A stretch of DNA of 64,000 bases, taken from sequence record NC_070958.1; one strand, 5' to 3'. The notes under the pieces were generated by a model. The model saw only the letters and a program-made list of their open reading frames with translations, was not told the DNA's origin and searched no databases. Below, piece by piece: positions 27,038 to 37,000 of this stretch. The position numbers and the translations under genes are program-made. How positions within the stretch are numbered: the stretch's first letter is position 1; every line of letters begins with the position of its first letter.

Positions 27038-27718
27038 ATGCTTAAAAACAGAAAAGAGATTCAGAACGACATCCTTTTCTTGGCAAAGCGCATAACTCCC
27101 GGTGGTGGCAATCACCGGATTTATACCGCTCTGTTTGAAGAGATGTCCGATGATCAGTTCAAACTGTTCTGGAATGGTATCCATGATTCCGGTTTCATTC
27201 CTTTTATCGTTGACAACTACGATAACAAGGAAATGATCGATTATGACGGTATCGCCAAGCTCGCTAAGGAACTCAACATTCCATTGGAGCAGCGTATCAT
27301 TATGACCGATCCTGATACCGGGCTGGAACACACCACTCCTGAAACCTATCTGGTTGGTATTGCCGAAACCCGTAAACAACGCCAACTCCAGGCTAAGAAG
27401 TTTGGTGCATCCAAACATGACCACGATATCGAAGACTTGACTGGTCAACCTACTGGTGACTCTAAAGCCGGTGGTATCTCTAACCCCGAAATTCAGGTTC
27501 TGCTTTCGCTTGGTCTGAAGACTATGGCTAAAGAACTCGCTGACGTTCGTGGTGGTGATATTGGGGCTTACCAAGCTTACAAGAACGACATCATCTCTGG
27601 TGGTGAAACAACTGTTCAATCTACCCTGGAACGGGGAACTGGTGTTAAGTCCTTGAGGACGGCTCACTGGATGCTTCGTGGTCGACTGCTCGATAACAAC
27701 CTGCACCGGAGGGACTGA
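27038..27718 (+). CDS. Virion RNA polymerase beta subunit, C-terminal fragment (phiKZ gp149-like)
   Basis: GDSKAGGISNPEIQVLLSLGLKTMAKELADVRGGD resembles beta C-terminal GGQRFGEMEVWAL...EMLTVKSDD; DPDTG motif. Confidence 0.75.
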   Translation: MLKNRKEIQNDILFLAKRITPGGGNHRIYTALFEEMSDDQFKLFWNGIHDSGFIPFIVDNYDNKEMIDYDGIAKLAKELNIPLEQRIIMTDPDTGLEHTTPETYLVGIAETRKQRQLQAKKFGASKHDHDIEDLTGQPTGDSKAGGISNPEIQVLLSLGLKTMAKELADVRGGDIGAYQAYKNDIISGGETTVQSTLERGTGVKSLRTAHWMLRGRLLDNNLHRRD

Positions 27719-28221
27719 TGTGGTTTGATGAAACCGGTAAACCGGTAATGGAAGATCAGGTAGCCATGCTTATCGATGCAATCGCACTCGAAAAGATGAA
27801 TGAGCTCCAGGTCAATGGTGATGTGTCTAAATTCTGGACTGTCGTCTCTGACACGATTAACTCTTATCCGGTCGCTGCATTTATGCAGGCGTACAAAGAC
27901 TTCACCTTTTATCTCCTGAACGATCCTTCGATGTGTAAAGAGCTTTTCGACTATACAACTTGTCTGGTTGTTCAGCTCCGTACGAAGCCTTACTACACGA
28001 AGGCGGTTGAAAGCAGTCTCTCTGTACTGACCCAGATCAAGAATCACGATGCGTTTGCTGACGTACTCGATGAAAACGTCCAGGGTCTGGATGTGATTGC
28101 AGAGTTGTTGATGTTCATCCGACTCAACCATCGTGTGATCGAACGTCGCCTCATCGAGATGGCGGGTGGCCAGGTGAAACTCCCTCGACCTTCATCGAAA
28201 CAGGATGGAGGTGAAAGATGA
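27718..28221 (+). CDS. Hypothetical core protein
   Basis: TGATG overlap; 167 aa. Confidence 0.75.
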   Translation: MWFDETGKPVMEDQVAMLIDAIALEKMNELQVNGDVSKFWTVVSDTINSYPVAAFMQAYKDFTFYLLNDPSMCKELFDYTTCLVVQLRTKPYYTKAVESSLSVLTQIKNHDAFADVLDENVQGLDVIAELLMFIRLNHRVIERRLIEMAGGQVKLPRPSSKQDGGER

Positions 28222-28946
28222 TCTCCATCTACACCGAGTTAGGGTCGTTGTTCGATGAACGAAGAATGATCCTATGTAAACTTGCTCGTGAAACTGTCGG
28301 ATTTAAATTCGACTGGGTTCGTAATTTTCAGCAAGTGTATCAAGAACGTCTCTACGATGTTTTTGAGTATCCCGAATTCGGGATTACCGATGAACGTTAT
28401 AAAGAACGGTTTGAGCGTAGAAGTAAGGAAGATTTCGCGGATCGCCTCGAGAACTTCCTTTACCCGTCGAAGGTATGTCGGGATATGTTCAATATCGTCC
28501 GAGAGTATGAATTCGGTGTGGGTAAGCTCCTCTCTGTTTCCAAGTTCACTGTGACTGTCAACACATGGCCATATGAACTGAACGACGAGGAGCAAGCAGA
28601 ATTGATTGGTGCGATCAAGGGAACTGTTAGTTGGAGTTTCGACGTCAACTTGGTTCACCTTCCTCCCCAACAACTCATCCCGCACTTCCTTCATGGTTTC
28701 GATTACGTGTTCAAATACGACTACATGCTTTCACCCCACATGGGTAAGTATTGGGAGTTGTACGAGACCTCACTTCCTAGCAGAACCAAAATCGTGGTTC
28801 CTGGAGTGTTCAAAGGTAAAGTGACCCTTACAGATGGAATGGAAGCGGATTCGCCGAAAGACCTCATCTTTAAGTTAAGTGCATACCAGGGCGGTAAGGT
28901 TACCTGGATACCGTGCGATAAAAGCATTTATGACTCATACTCATAA
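28218..28946 (+). CDS. Hypothetical core protein
   Basis: SD GGAGG, ATGA overlap; 242 aa. Confidence 0.75.
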   Translation: MISIYTELGSLFDERRMILCKLARETVGFKFDWVRNFQQVYQERLYDVFEYPEFGITDERYKERFERRSKEDFADRLENFLYPSKVCRDMFNIVREYEFGVGKLLSVSKFTVTVNTWPYELNDEEQAELIGAIKGTVSWSFDVNLVHLPPQQLIPHFLHGFDYVFKYDYMLSPHMGKYWELYETSLPSRTKIVVPGVFKGKVTLTDGMEADSPKDLIFKLSAYQGGKVTWIPCDKSIYDSYS

Positions 28947-28949
28947 ATC

Positions 28950-28990
28950 ACCTCCTAGGACCTACGGGTCCTAGGAGGTTTACTTTATGT
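28950..28990. terminator. Bidirectional terminator
   Basis: ACCTCCTAGGACC-TACG-GGTCCTAGGAGGT, 13 bp, between convergent genes. Confidence 0.85.
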
Positions 28991-29000
28991 TTGTTCTGTA

Positions 29001-29531
29001 TTAGAAAGTGGCTTCGATTTCAGAGATGTCTATTTCTTGGACACCTTGGTCGATTTCTCCTTCTTTGATGCGTTCATCGAAAGAGAGTTCCTTGATAGGT
29101 TTCAAGGGATCGAGAATCATTGCCCGGTCACCATAGTTCGGAAGCACCAGTTTACCAGCAGCGACTTCGTTGAGCGCGTTAACGAAAGTTGCAAAGTTGG
29201 CACGGTTGTCCTCGGCTTCTTTCTCTTTGGCTCGTTCTTTCCGCTCATCCCGAATAGTCTTCTCCAAGAGACCGGTCAGAGTGTTGATAGAGTCAAGCAG
29301 CTTACAGTTACTCGGCTTACTGATGTAGGTTTCCATTGCCACGTCGAGAAGCAATGCACGTTGCTTGGTGAGCATACTGACAAGCTCTGATTCGGCTTGA
29401 CGCTTATCGTCGGTCTTATTCAATATGCGGTTGATCTCAGCGATAAATTCATCTTTCTTCTTAATGGACTTATCAGCTTTGGTACCCTCTACTGGCTGAG
29501 GGAGAATTCCTGAATCTTCTTCGTCGTACAT
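29001..29531 (-). CDS. Hypothetical core protein (start moved to 29531)
   Basis: SD GGAG before MYDEED; the longer start would run through the promoter motif. Confidence 0.7.
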   Translation of the reverse strand: MYDEEDSGILPQPVEGTKADKSIKKKDEFIAEINRILNKTDDKRQAESELVSMLTKQRALLLDVAMETYISKPSNCKLLDSINTLTGLLEKTIRDERKERAKEKEAEDNRANFATFVNALNEVAAGKLVLPNYGDRAMILDPLKPIKELSFDERIKEGEIDQGVQEIDISEIEATF

Positions 29532-29572
29532 TGTATGCTCCAGAATGTCTAAAGTTTTAACTGTTCTAAACT

Positions 29573-29597
29573 TTTTCAAGCAGATATTATCATGTTG
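29573..29597 (+). promoter_or_regulatory. Early-promoter-like motif, copy 5
   Basis: TTTT CAAGC AGATATTAT CATGTTG. Confidence 0.7.
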
Positions 29598-29635
29598 TAA
29601 GTGCATGAAGATATCTAAAATTAGATGAGGTAACC

Positions 29636-30184
29636 ATGTTTGAAAAGCTACTTATGCGGTTCTCTTTCTTCAGAAGGAGGGCTAAAAGAAAGTTAAGGAC
29701 TACGTTAGCAGTCCTCACTGAAAAGATAAACCAACAAGGTGCTTTCAACGATGATGACATAGTCACTATACACAACATCGTAAAAAGCCCTCTAATCTCG
29801 TATGACGAGAGTTTGGTGTTGGGTGCTGATGAGACTATACGTTTCTATTCGGTGACCTCTAACAAGGCTCTCGTTGCTCTTGAAAAGAGACCGGATGTAC
29901 TGTCCCCCGCCAACCTTAATTACGATATCACGGCCAATCCAAAAGAGCGGCCTTTCTACACTTGGTATTCAAACCAAGATAGCGTTCGACACTACGTGGA
30001 TACTGTATCTGAGATGCTGGATGCCCACGTCGACACCATCGTTACCGAGATTGATATCAAAGGCACCTGGCGACCCACATTAACAGAAGAGGACCAAGAG
30101 TTCCACGATGGGTTACTTTATCGATTGTTCCTGTTAGACCTGTTGAACATCATCAACTTCTATATGGAACGGCAATCCGACTAA
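29636..30184 (+). CDS. Hypothetical protein
   Basis: SD GAGG; basic N-terminus. Confidence 0.75.
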   Translation: MFEKLLMRFSFFRRRAKRKLRTTLAVLTEKINQQGAFNDDDIVTIHNIVKSPLISYDESLVLGADETIRFYSVTSNKALVALEKRPDVLSPANLNYDITANPKERPFYTWYSNQDSVRHYVDTVSEMLDAHVDTIVTEIDIKGTWRPTLTEEDQEFHDGLLYRLFLLDLLNIINFYMERQSD

Positions 30185-30196
30185 AGGTATAAAACA

Positions 30197-30619
30197 ATGG
30201 CAAAGAAACCAACCAATAAGACAGGCTTTGAGCGTAATAAGAATTTTGTGCCGGATGAACAACTGACCGATACCCCGGCTCGGTTATTCAGGAAGATCTC
30301 CAACGCCATGGGAATGAACCTCAGCAAGTGGACATCCTACATGGGTGAATACTTGCGTTGGTTACACCCGGAAGACTCTGGAACACCACTGGAAGTCAAG
30401 AAGGCAAGATCGACCACTCTGGGTAACGCGCAAAGTGCTTACTACTACAGCAAGTCTCTCAGCTTTAATAAGCTGATTGCAGGAATGAAAATTCTTAAAT
30501 TCAAGAAGGTCACTTTCACCATTACCGGCGAAACTGCAACCGGTGAAGTTATCACCGTGAGCGAGACTACGTTCCTTAATCGCGATACACCAACACCTGA
30601 AGACCCGTCCGAAGAGTAA
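30197..30619 (+). CDS. Hypothetical basic protein, likely conserved in phiKZ-like phages
   Basis: SD AAGG; 140 aa. Confidence 0.7.
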   Translation: MAKKPTNKTGFERNKNFVPDEQLTDTPARLFRKISNAMGMNLSKWTSYMGEYLRWLHPEDSGTPLEVKKARSTTLGNAQSAYYYSKSLSFNKLIAGMKILKFKKVTFTITGETATGEVITVSETTFLNRDTPTPEDPSEE

Positions 30620-30628
30620 CGCGGTCAT

Positions 30629-30660
30629 CTGTTACCCCTACCATGTGGTAGGGGTAACAG
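30629..30660. terminator. Perfect 14-15 bp hairpin
   Basis: CTGTTACCCCTACC-ATGT-GGTAGGGGTAACAG. Confidence 0.7.
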
Positions 30661-30701
30661 TCAACTTATCCAATTTCTTTTTTGTCTAAATAGAGGTCGT
30701 A

Positions 30702-32897
30702 ATGGCTAATAAAGTTAGCACGCAAGACAAGAACCTTGTGACGAGGTCCTTTCGTCTTTTGAGTGACGGCGTTGCAAACCCGACCGATGAGTATATAAAC
30801 ACAGACTACGATCTGTACACCAGTTTCTTCTCAACGGCGATCGGGGATAACAAGTACATCAACCCGCTACCAGGATATGGATTCAACACGGATCCCTATC
30901 CAGAACCCATCATGGAAAACCGATACGGTAACATGGGTCGTTTCTACAAACGCATCCATCACGACAATGCAGAAATGGTAACACTCACTGCCTGTGTCCC
31001 TGAGTTTACAGGTATCCTTCCATTCCTTATGAATATGTTTGACTATAGCGCCGCCGTTATGGTTAACAAAGGTCGTGCTCCTGGTTGGGCGTTCTATATA
31101 GGTCAAGCCGCCGGTGCGATTGCGTTCTTCCCTGCACAGATCGTAGCCGCCAGTTGGAACTTCTTCGAGTACCTCACTCAACAACCGAAGAACCAATGGT
31201 ACTACGGCAAAGCTGCGATGGGTCAGTACTTGACAGCAGCTCAAGGTATGTTCAACGACCTGATGGTTGCTGCTGGATATACATTGACTGTTCTTCCCCA
31301 AGGTTCCCAGGTAATGGATACCAAGTTGGGTGATCGACAATCAAACGGCCTCAAAGGTTATCGGACGCACAGTGACCAAGCAAAGAGTAACTACAGTTAC
31401 CTAAACTCCATGTTCCCTGATGCGATTAACCAAGACGGAACTGTGGACATCACAAGGGTCGCGTTACGTGGTGTGAGGAAATATCGCTATTTCCTTAACA
31501 AGGTTAAGTCGTTGGATGAAGGCTCTCGTTTCCGCAGTGTCGGGGAGAAAGACCTCGCTATTGAACGTATTCTGAATGGTCTTATTAAAGACGGTAACTT
31601 CATGAATGGTTCTGTTGGGCCGGCGGGGAAAATAGGGACTTACGAGATACTCACCAAGGAACTCGGGTCAGTAGGTGCGTCACGGGGTTCTGATGAGATA
31701 TCCTACCCTGAAGTTGCATCTGCTTATACCAACCCCAGCGCTTATGCCGAGATTCTTCCTGCCGACATGGACACAGGTCAAGCAAGTGGTTTTGATAGTG
31801 TCCGTGCCAAGGTGGAAGGTCAGGTGTCTGCCGAACGCGAAGAACGTTTCGGAATCAACCAAGGTAACTCCGGTGCGGCTGATGGTGCCACGTCACCACA
31901 ACTGCAAGGAACAGAGGCGTTCTTTAATGACACCAATAATCTTTCTGAAGATTCGTGGCTGACACAAGTTGGTTCCTTGTTGATGGATCACCTTTACGGT
32001 GGTACTGACGGGATCACGTTTAGGACAGAAGGGACAGGGGCTGTTAGTGATTCATTCTCTAACGCTTCTCAACAATCTGCTATTGCTAGCAGCTTCAACA
32101 ACACAGTACAAGCTGTCCAAGACTTCAAGTTCAACATGGGTGGTGGTGTTACTGGTATCGAGTTCATTGACAAGGCGATGGAGATCGTTAAAGACTCTGT
32201 AACTGGTCTGATGGCTGGTAGTGTGGTTGGTAACCTCCCGTTGGCATTGTTGGGTAACTCCAGGGTTATCATTCCAGAACACTGGCAGGATTCAACTACC
32301 AGTCTTCACAGTGAAACGATCAACCTGTATTTCCAGGCTCCTTACGCACATCCTTATTCGATCGCCACAAACGTATTCCTTCCAGTAGCGTTGATCATGC
32401 CGTTCTTTGTTCCATTCAGTACAGGTGGTGCGATGTATGGCTCTCCGTTCATGGTTAAGAGCTTTGCTCGTGGGAAAGGAATCATTCGTTCTGGTATGGT
32501 TCGTAACGCATCCATGACTTGGGGTGAAGGTCCGTTGGGTTGGACTACGGATAAGAAACCGTTGAACTGTCGAATCACTCTGGATTTGGTTGACTTCGAT
32601 CCGATTCTTTCCGTTCCGGTTACTCGCGTCACTAACCCACTTGACTTGGTTAACATCGCTAAGCAATCTTCCCGTTATCTTGGTGACATCGGTAAGTACA
32701 ACGACTGGGTGAACCGGGTTGCTGGCCTGGACTATATCGACACTGTTCTTCGTTATAACGACATGAACCGTCGACTCACTCGTTTCACCAATGACGTTGA
32801 AACCATGTTCTCCCCTGCCAACGTAGCAAACATTGTCAACGACTCCATTATCGGTGACGTTTCCCGTTTGTTTGTTGGTCGTCCTATGAACCGTTAA
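30702..32897 (+). CDS. Putative baseplate/tail-tip protein (phiKZ gp182-like by synteny)
   Basis: 731 aa, Gly/Ser-rich, next to the large virion peptidoglycan hydrolase gene. Confidence 0.55.
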   Translation: MANKVSTQDKNLVTRSFRLLSDGVANPTDEYINTDYDLYTSFFSTAIGDNKYINPLPGYGFNTDPYPEPIMENRYGNMGRFYKRIHHDNAEMVTLTACVPEFTGILPFLMNMFDYSAAVMVNKGRAPGWAFYIGQAAGAIAFFPAQIVAASWNFFEYLTQQPKNQWYYGKAAMGQYLTAAQGMFNDLMVAAGYTLTVLPQGSQVMDTKLGDRQSNGLKGYRTHSDQAKSNYSYLNSMFPDAINQDGTVDITRVALRGVRKYRYFLNKVKSLDEGSRFRSVGEKDLAIERILNGLIKDGNFMNGSVGPAGKIGTYEILTKELGSVGASRGSDEISYPEVASAYTNPSAYAEILPADMDTGQASGFDSVRAKVEGQVSAEREERFGINQGNSGAADGATSPQLQGTEAFFNDTNNLSEDSWLTQVGSLLMDHLYGGTDGITFRTEGTGAVSDSFSNASQQSAIASSFNNTVQAVQDFKFNMGGGVTGIEFIDKAMEIVKDSVTGLMAGSVVGNLPLALLGNSRVIIPEHWQDSTTSLHSETINLYFQAPYAHPYSIATNVFLPVALIMPFFVPFSTGGAMYGSPFMVKSFARGKGIIRSGMVRNASMTWGEGPLGWTTDKKPLNCRITLDLVDFDPILSVPVTRVTNPLDLVNIAKQSSRYLGDIGKYNDWVNRVAGLDYIDTVLRYNDMNRRLTRFTNDVETMFSPANVANIVNDSIIGDVSRLFVGRPMNR

Positions 32898-32907
32898 GGA
32901 GTAAGAA

Positions 32908-34026
32908 ATGGGATTATTAGGTCGCAGCTCTACCTTTAACGGGGTGGATGTAGACAACCCTATCAAGAAGGCGTCTCAATCGATCGCTGACGCAATCTCT
33001 GGCTTTGGTGATCAACTTGTCAACCCCATGACTAACGTCTCTCAGGCGGAGACTGGTGTCGCTCTGGTTGATGAGAATAGCAGTTCCGTTAACGCATCGC
33101 TGACCAACTATAAATCCTTCACACTAGAAGGGATTATGGCCCGGTCACGTGATCTCGTTGGTGGGATACTGAACAACCCTGACTTGGGTCGGGTGTTGAC
33201 CTGGGAAGATGGGTTCAATGTCGATACTGACGAGCTGTTCCGTATCGCCGCTCAGGGTCTTGGTTTCTCACTCAATGGCATGGGTGATATCAAACGCAGT
33301 ATTGGTGATAGCTTCCTCGAAAGCTTGAACGATATGACTGGCGGTTTGAGTAGCGGTCTCTATTTTGATGACCAAATGAAACTCAAGATCGGTGACGGTT
33401 GGCAGATGGATGTTGCTGATGAGTTCCTGGGTTTCGTCAGCAAAATGGATAGTGACTTTGGAAAGGTCCTGAACCTTGCTGGTGTTAATGCGGTACTGAA
33501 CACAATGGTGAATCAGGCCGCTATGAACAGCATGTATCAGACCTACGATTCATTCGCTGATCAATACCTGTTCTACAGTGACTATGTTGATGCACTGATC
33601 AACTCCCTGGAGTTCATTCTTGGTCGTGGCGACCTCGAGTCCATGAACAAGATCTTCGAGATCATCGAGGAAGAAGGAATCCAGAAGGTAAGGGCGCAAT
33701 ACCCTGACTTTATCGAACGTGCACTTGCTAACTTCTACTTCACCAGTGATGTTTATCCTGAGGACTATGAAGAAATGGCAATCATGCTGGATAAAGTCCT
33801 TGTCCTGTATGGCGGAGAAGATTGGTTCTATTCTCATACCGAGTTTGGTAAATTGGTTAACCTTGCCGTTGTTTCTAACATCAGTGAAGACGCTAAATTA
33901 CTTCTTGGTGATTTTGAGAAATACCATGTGCTGTTACTCGGCGCAGGGATTTACCAAGATGAAAGTGCGTACGACGTATTCCTTCGTCAGATTCCCAACG
34001 CTATCGACTTCCAAATGAGAACATAA
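32908..34026 (+). CDS. Putative virion structural protein
   Basis: 372 aa, SD AAGGAG, same operon as 30702..32897. Confidence 0.5.
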   Translation: MGLLGRSSTFNGVDVDNPIKKASQSIADAISGFGDQLVNPMTNVSQAETGVALVDENSSSVNASLTNYKSFTLEGIMARSRDLVGGILNNPDLGRVLTWEDGFNVDTDELFRIAAQGLGFSLNGMGDIKRSIGDSFLESLNDMTGGLSSGLYFDDQMKLKIGDGWQMDVADEFLGFVSKMDSDFGKVLNLAGVNAVLNTMVNQAAMNSMYQTYDSFADQYLFYSDYVDALINSLEFILGRGDLESMNKIFEIIEEEGIQKVRAQYPDFIERALANFYFTSDVYPEDYEEMAIMLDKVLVLYGGEDWFYSHTEFGKLVNLAVVSNISEDAKLLLGDFEKYHVLLLGAGIYQDESAYDVFLRQIPNAIDFQMRT

Positions 34027-34034
34027 ACATAAGG

Positions 34035-34065
34035 CCCCTACCCCATCCTTTCGGAGGGGTAGGGG
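34035..34065. terminator. Bidirectional terminator, copy B of the 31-nt repeated element
   Basis: CCCCTACCCCATCCTTTCGGAGGGGTAGGGG, 30/31 identical to 16070..16100. Confidence 0.85.
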
Positions 34066-34074
34066 TTTATTATC

Positions 34075-37000
34075 TTAACCTAATCCAACGGTGTTCGGTC
34101 GACCACCTTTACCTTGGCTGGCCATCAGGTCATTCAACCTACCAAGCTGACTGATGATCCCACTCAACAATTGCTGAGCTCCTTCATCACTGACTGCTTG
34201 TGTTCCCGTGCCAGTCTGTTTGGGAGCTGGTTTGGGGGCTGGACCAACACTAGAAACAGTGGTGGGACCTGCCGGTTGACTTACTGGTGCCGGAGCACTC
34301 GGTTTGGGAGCCGGAGCCTGAACTGGTGCCGGACTCGGAACTGGGTTAGTAACAGCGGCGGTTGGTGCCGCACTAGGAGATACCGGCGGAGACGCTGTCG
34401 CAGCTTTCTGTTGATTAACGCTGCTCTTATCCAAGAGCTCATCGACTTCCTGCTTATGAGTCTTCTTGGTAGATGCGACTTTCTCTTCAGCGGCCTTGGG
34501 GACATTCTGATCGGCAGCGTTAGGAACATCCGCTATCTTATCTTCACCGCCAGAGGTCGGTGCAAAGTCGGAGGTCTTTGTCGGACCCGCTGCTTTGATT
34601 TGACCGTTCTGGAGTTTAGCAAGATATTCGGTATATGCCTTACGACGTTCGTCAGTAAATGGAACAGAGTTACCACCGTTGATGCCACGAACAGCACTAT
34701 CGAAGTCACCAGTCGTCGCAATGGACTTGATCGCTTTATTACCCAGAAGGTAACGAACAGCGGAGTCTGCTACAACGTTAGGATCTTCAGATACCAGTCG
34801 TGGGTTACTTACGACGTCTATCCCTGTCTCACGCTTGTACTTTTCGTAGTTGGCTTTACCAGTGAGCTGGAACAAACCACGACCACGATACAACCAACCA
34901 TCCTCAGGCTTCTCGTTACCGAGTGTGGGACCTTTGGGCGCTCTACCATACACATACATCGCACGTTGTTCTGGTGGCATTGCTGCTACCTTTTCCGCTG
35001 TAGCCATGTCTGGTATGTTCCTGAAATACTTCTTCAGGGTTGGTGCAGACCAGTTGGTGTTTTCTACCGTGGACTTGTAGTTCCCCGTTTCAACCTTGGC
35101 AAGTGCCAGAGCGAGAGCAATCTGCTTGTTGTCTGTGATACCAGCACGGAGCAGACCTTGAAGGAGGAGTTGTTCACCCTGTTCCGGAGTCATGGAGAGA
35201 CCTTGGTCATCACCTGCCTTCAGAGTGGGATCCATTTCCCAACCTTCACTGAACCCACCACTATACTGACCACCGCTACCAGCACCTACTGTCCCTGGGG
35301 TAGTTCCCATTCCACCAGGAGGGAAGGCATTAGCAAAGCCATTGCTTGCGTAGTTGTTTCCACCGAAAGTCCCACCTTGCTTACCGGCTTGTTCCCTGCG
35401 TTTCATACGCATGGCAGTCAGTTCGGCAATACGGGCCTGTTCAGCTTGTTTCCTGGTTTCGGACCTATCTTGGAGTTGCTCACCGATTGCTTTAGAAGCG
35501 GCCTCCTCCATTACCGGGTCGCGCAGCGCTGCTTTCATTGCATCGCTGTTAAGCGACTTAATGTAAGTATCAGCCCTATCGCTGTCGGTACCGGATTGAG
35601 CACCTTCGAACGGACTCGCTTTCACGTTCCAGACAGAAGTCTCTTCACCATCAACCATTACCATGATCTCTGACAGCACTTTAGCTATTTCGGCTTTGTT
35701 GCTATTAGAGAGCTGACGCCAACCTTGTTTCGGAGATGACCCACGTTGTTTGTAAACCAGTGCGTAGTACTTCTGGAGTACAGGGAGGAAACGTGATTCG
35801 AACCAAGCCTTCCAGTTCGCCATCATCAGTTCTGTTTTGATCCTGAACATCGGCTTGAAGAGAGCCAGTACAGACTCCAGTGGGATTTCGAGTTTCCCCA
35901 GCCCATTGGAAAGAACCATGTTCTCTTCGCAATAACGTTCAAGTTTCAGAACTGCATCTACACGCCAGTTGATATTGGCATCGTTACCGTACACGGCAAG
36001 ACGAGCAAGCGTGAATGGTTCGATTTCTGTGTCTCCATCTTTGTGGAGGTCAGATATGTCGATGTCCTTAATTTCCGCTGTGACAGCGAAGGTTTTGTCG
36101 ATGTGCTCTTGTGACCTGATTAACGACTCGTTACCGAACTTATTCTGGAACCAAGCGACGACCTTATTGTCCGATACTTCCGGATTCAGGTTGGCTTGAC
36201 GTTGCTCATCATAAGTCCTCAACTTGAGACCGTCTGCCTTCTTCTCGGCTGGATAAGCTTTACGAAGTTCATTCATCAAATCAGCGACTTCGCCAGTGGT
36301 AGCAATTCTTGACATCGTCCCAGTATCTTGGTCAATCGGGACGTCGATAGTGTAAGGATTGGTCGACATGTGGCCAACGGCTTCCTGTACACGCTCTGCG
36401 ACAAGAACTACTTCATGGGTCTGACCGGCATCGTACTCTTGAAGATCGCCAAACCTTGCAGCGTTAGCCGCGGCAACGAAAGTCAAGAAGATGGGCTTGA
36501 ACCGTGCCTGGAACCAAGTGTTGATATTGTCACGTGGAACCGGAGCCGAGTTCTCAACGAACTGTCTGAAGACTTCAGCGACCGCCTCGGGTTTACTGAA
36601 ACCTGCCGACCCACTACCCACATTAACATGCGGGAGCAACATCATCTCGAGACGTTGTACACGTTCTGCTAAATCACTCCGCCATTCACGAATACCGTAC
36701 ATCGCGAAACGAAGACGTTTCTGAATGGAGTTGGCCAGCAGAGTTGTCCGGTAAGTGGTGCCGTTGTACTTGTACCCTTCCGAGTTAGCCATATGCTGTT
36801 CGGCGTCACGACGGTCTGTGAACAACTGTCCATCATCAGTCCAGTACACACCAGTGTTCTTGATACCGTCAATCCAACTCTTGGGCATTACTGCTTCAAG
36901 AACCGTGGTCCCGATACCGATCTGAGGAATCCAGTTTGCAGCATCCTCTATCTGATCAGCAGTGGTCACTGGACGTTTCTGGTTGAACATGTTCTCTTCA

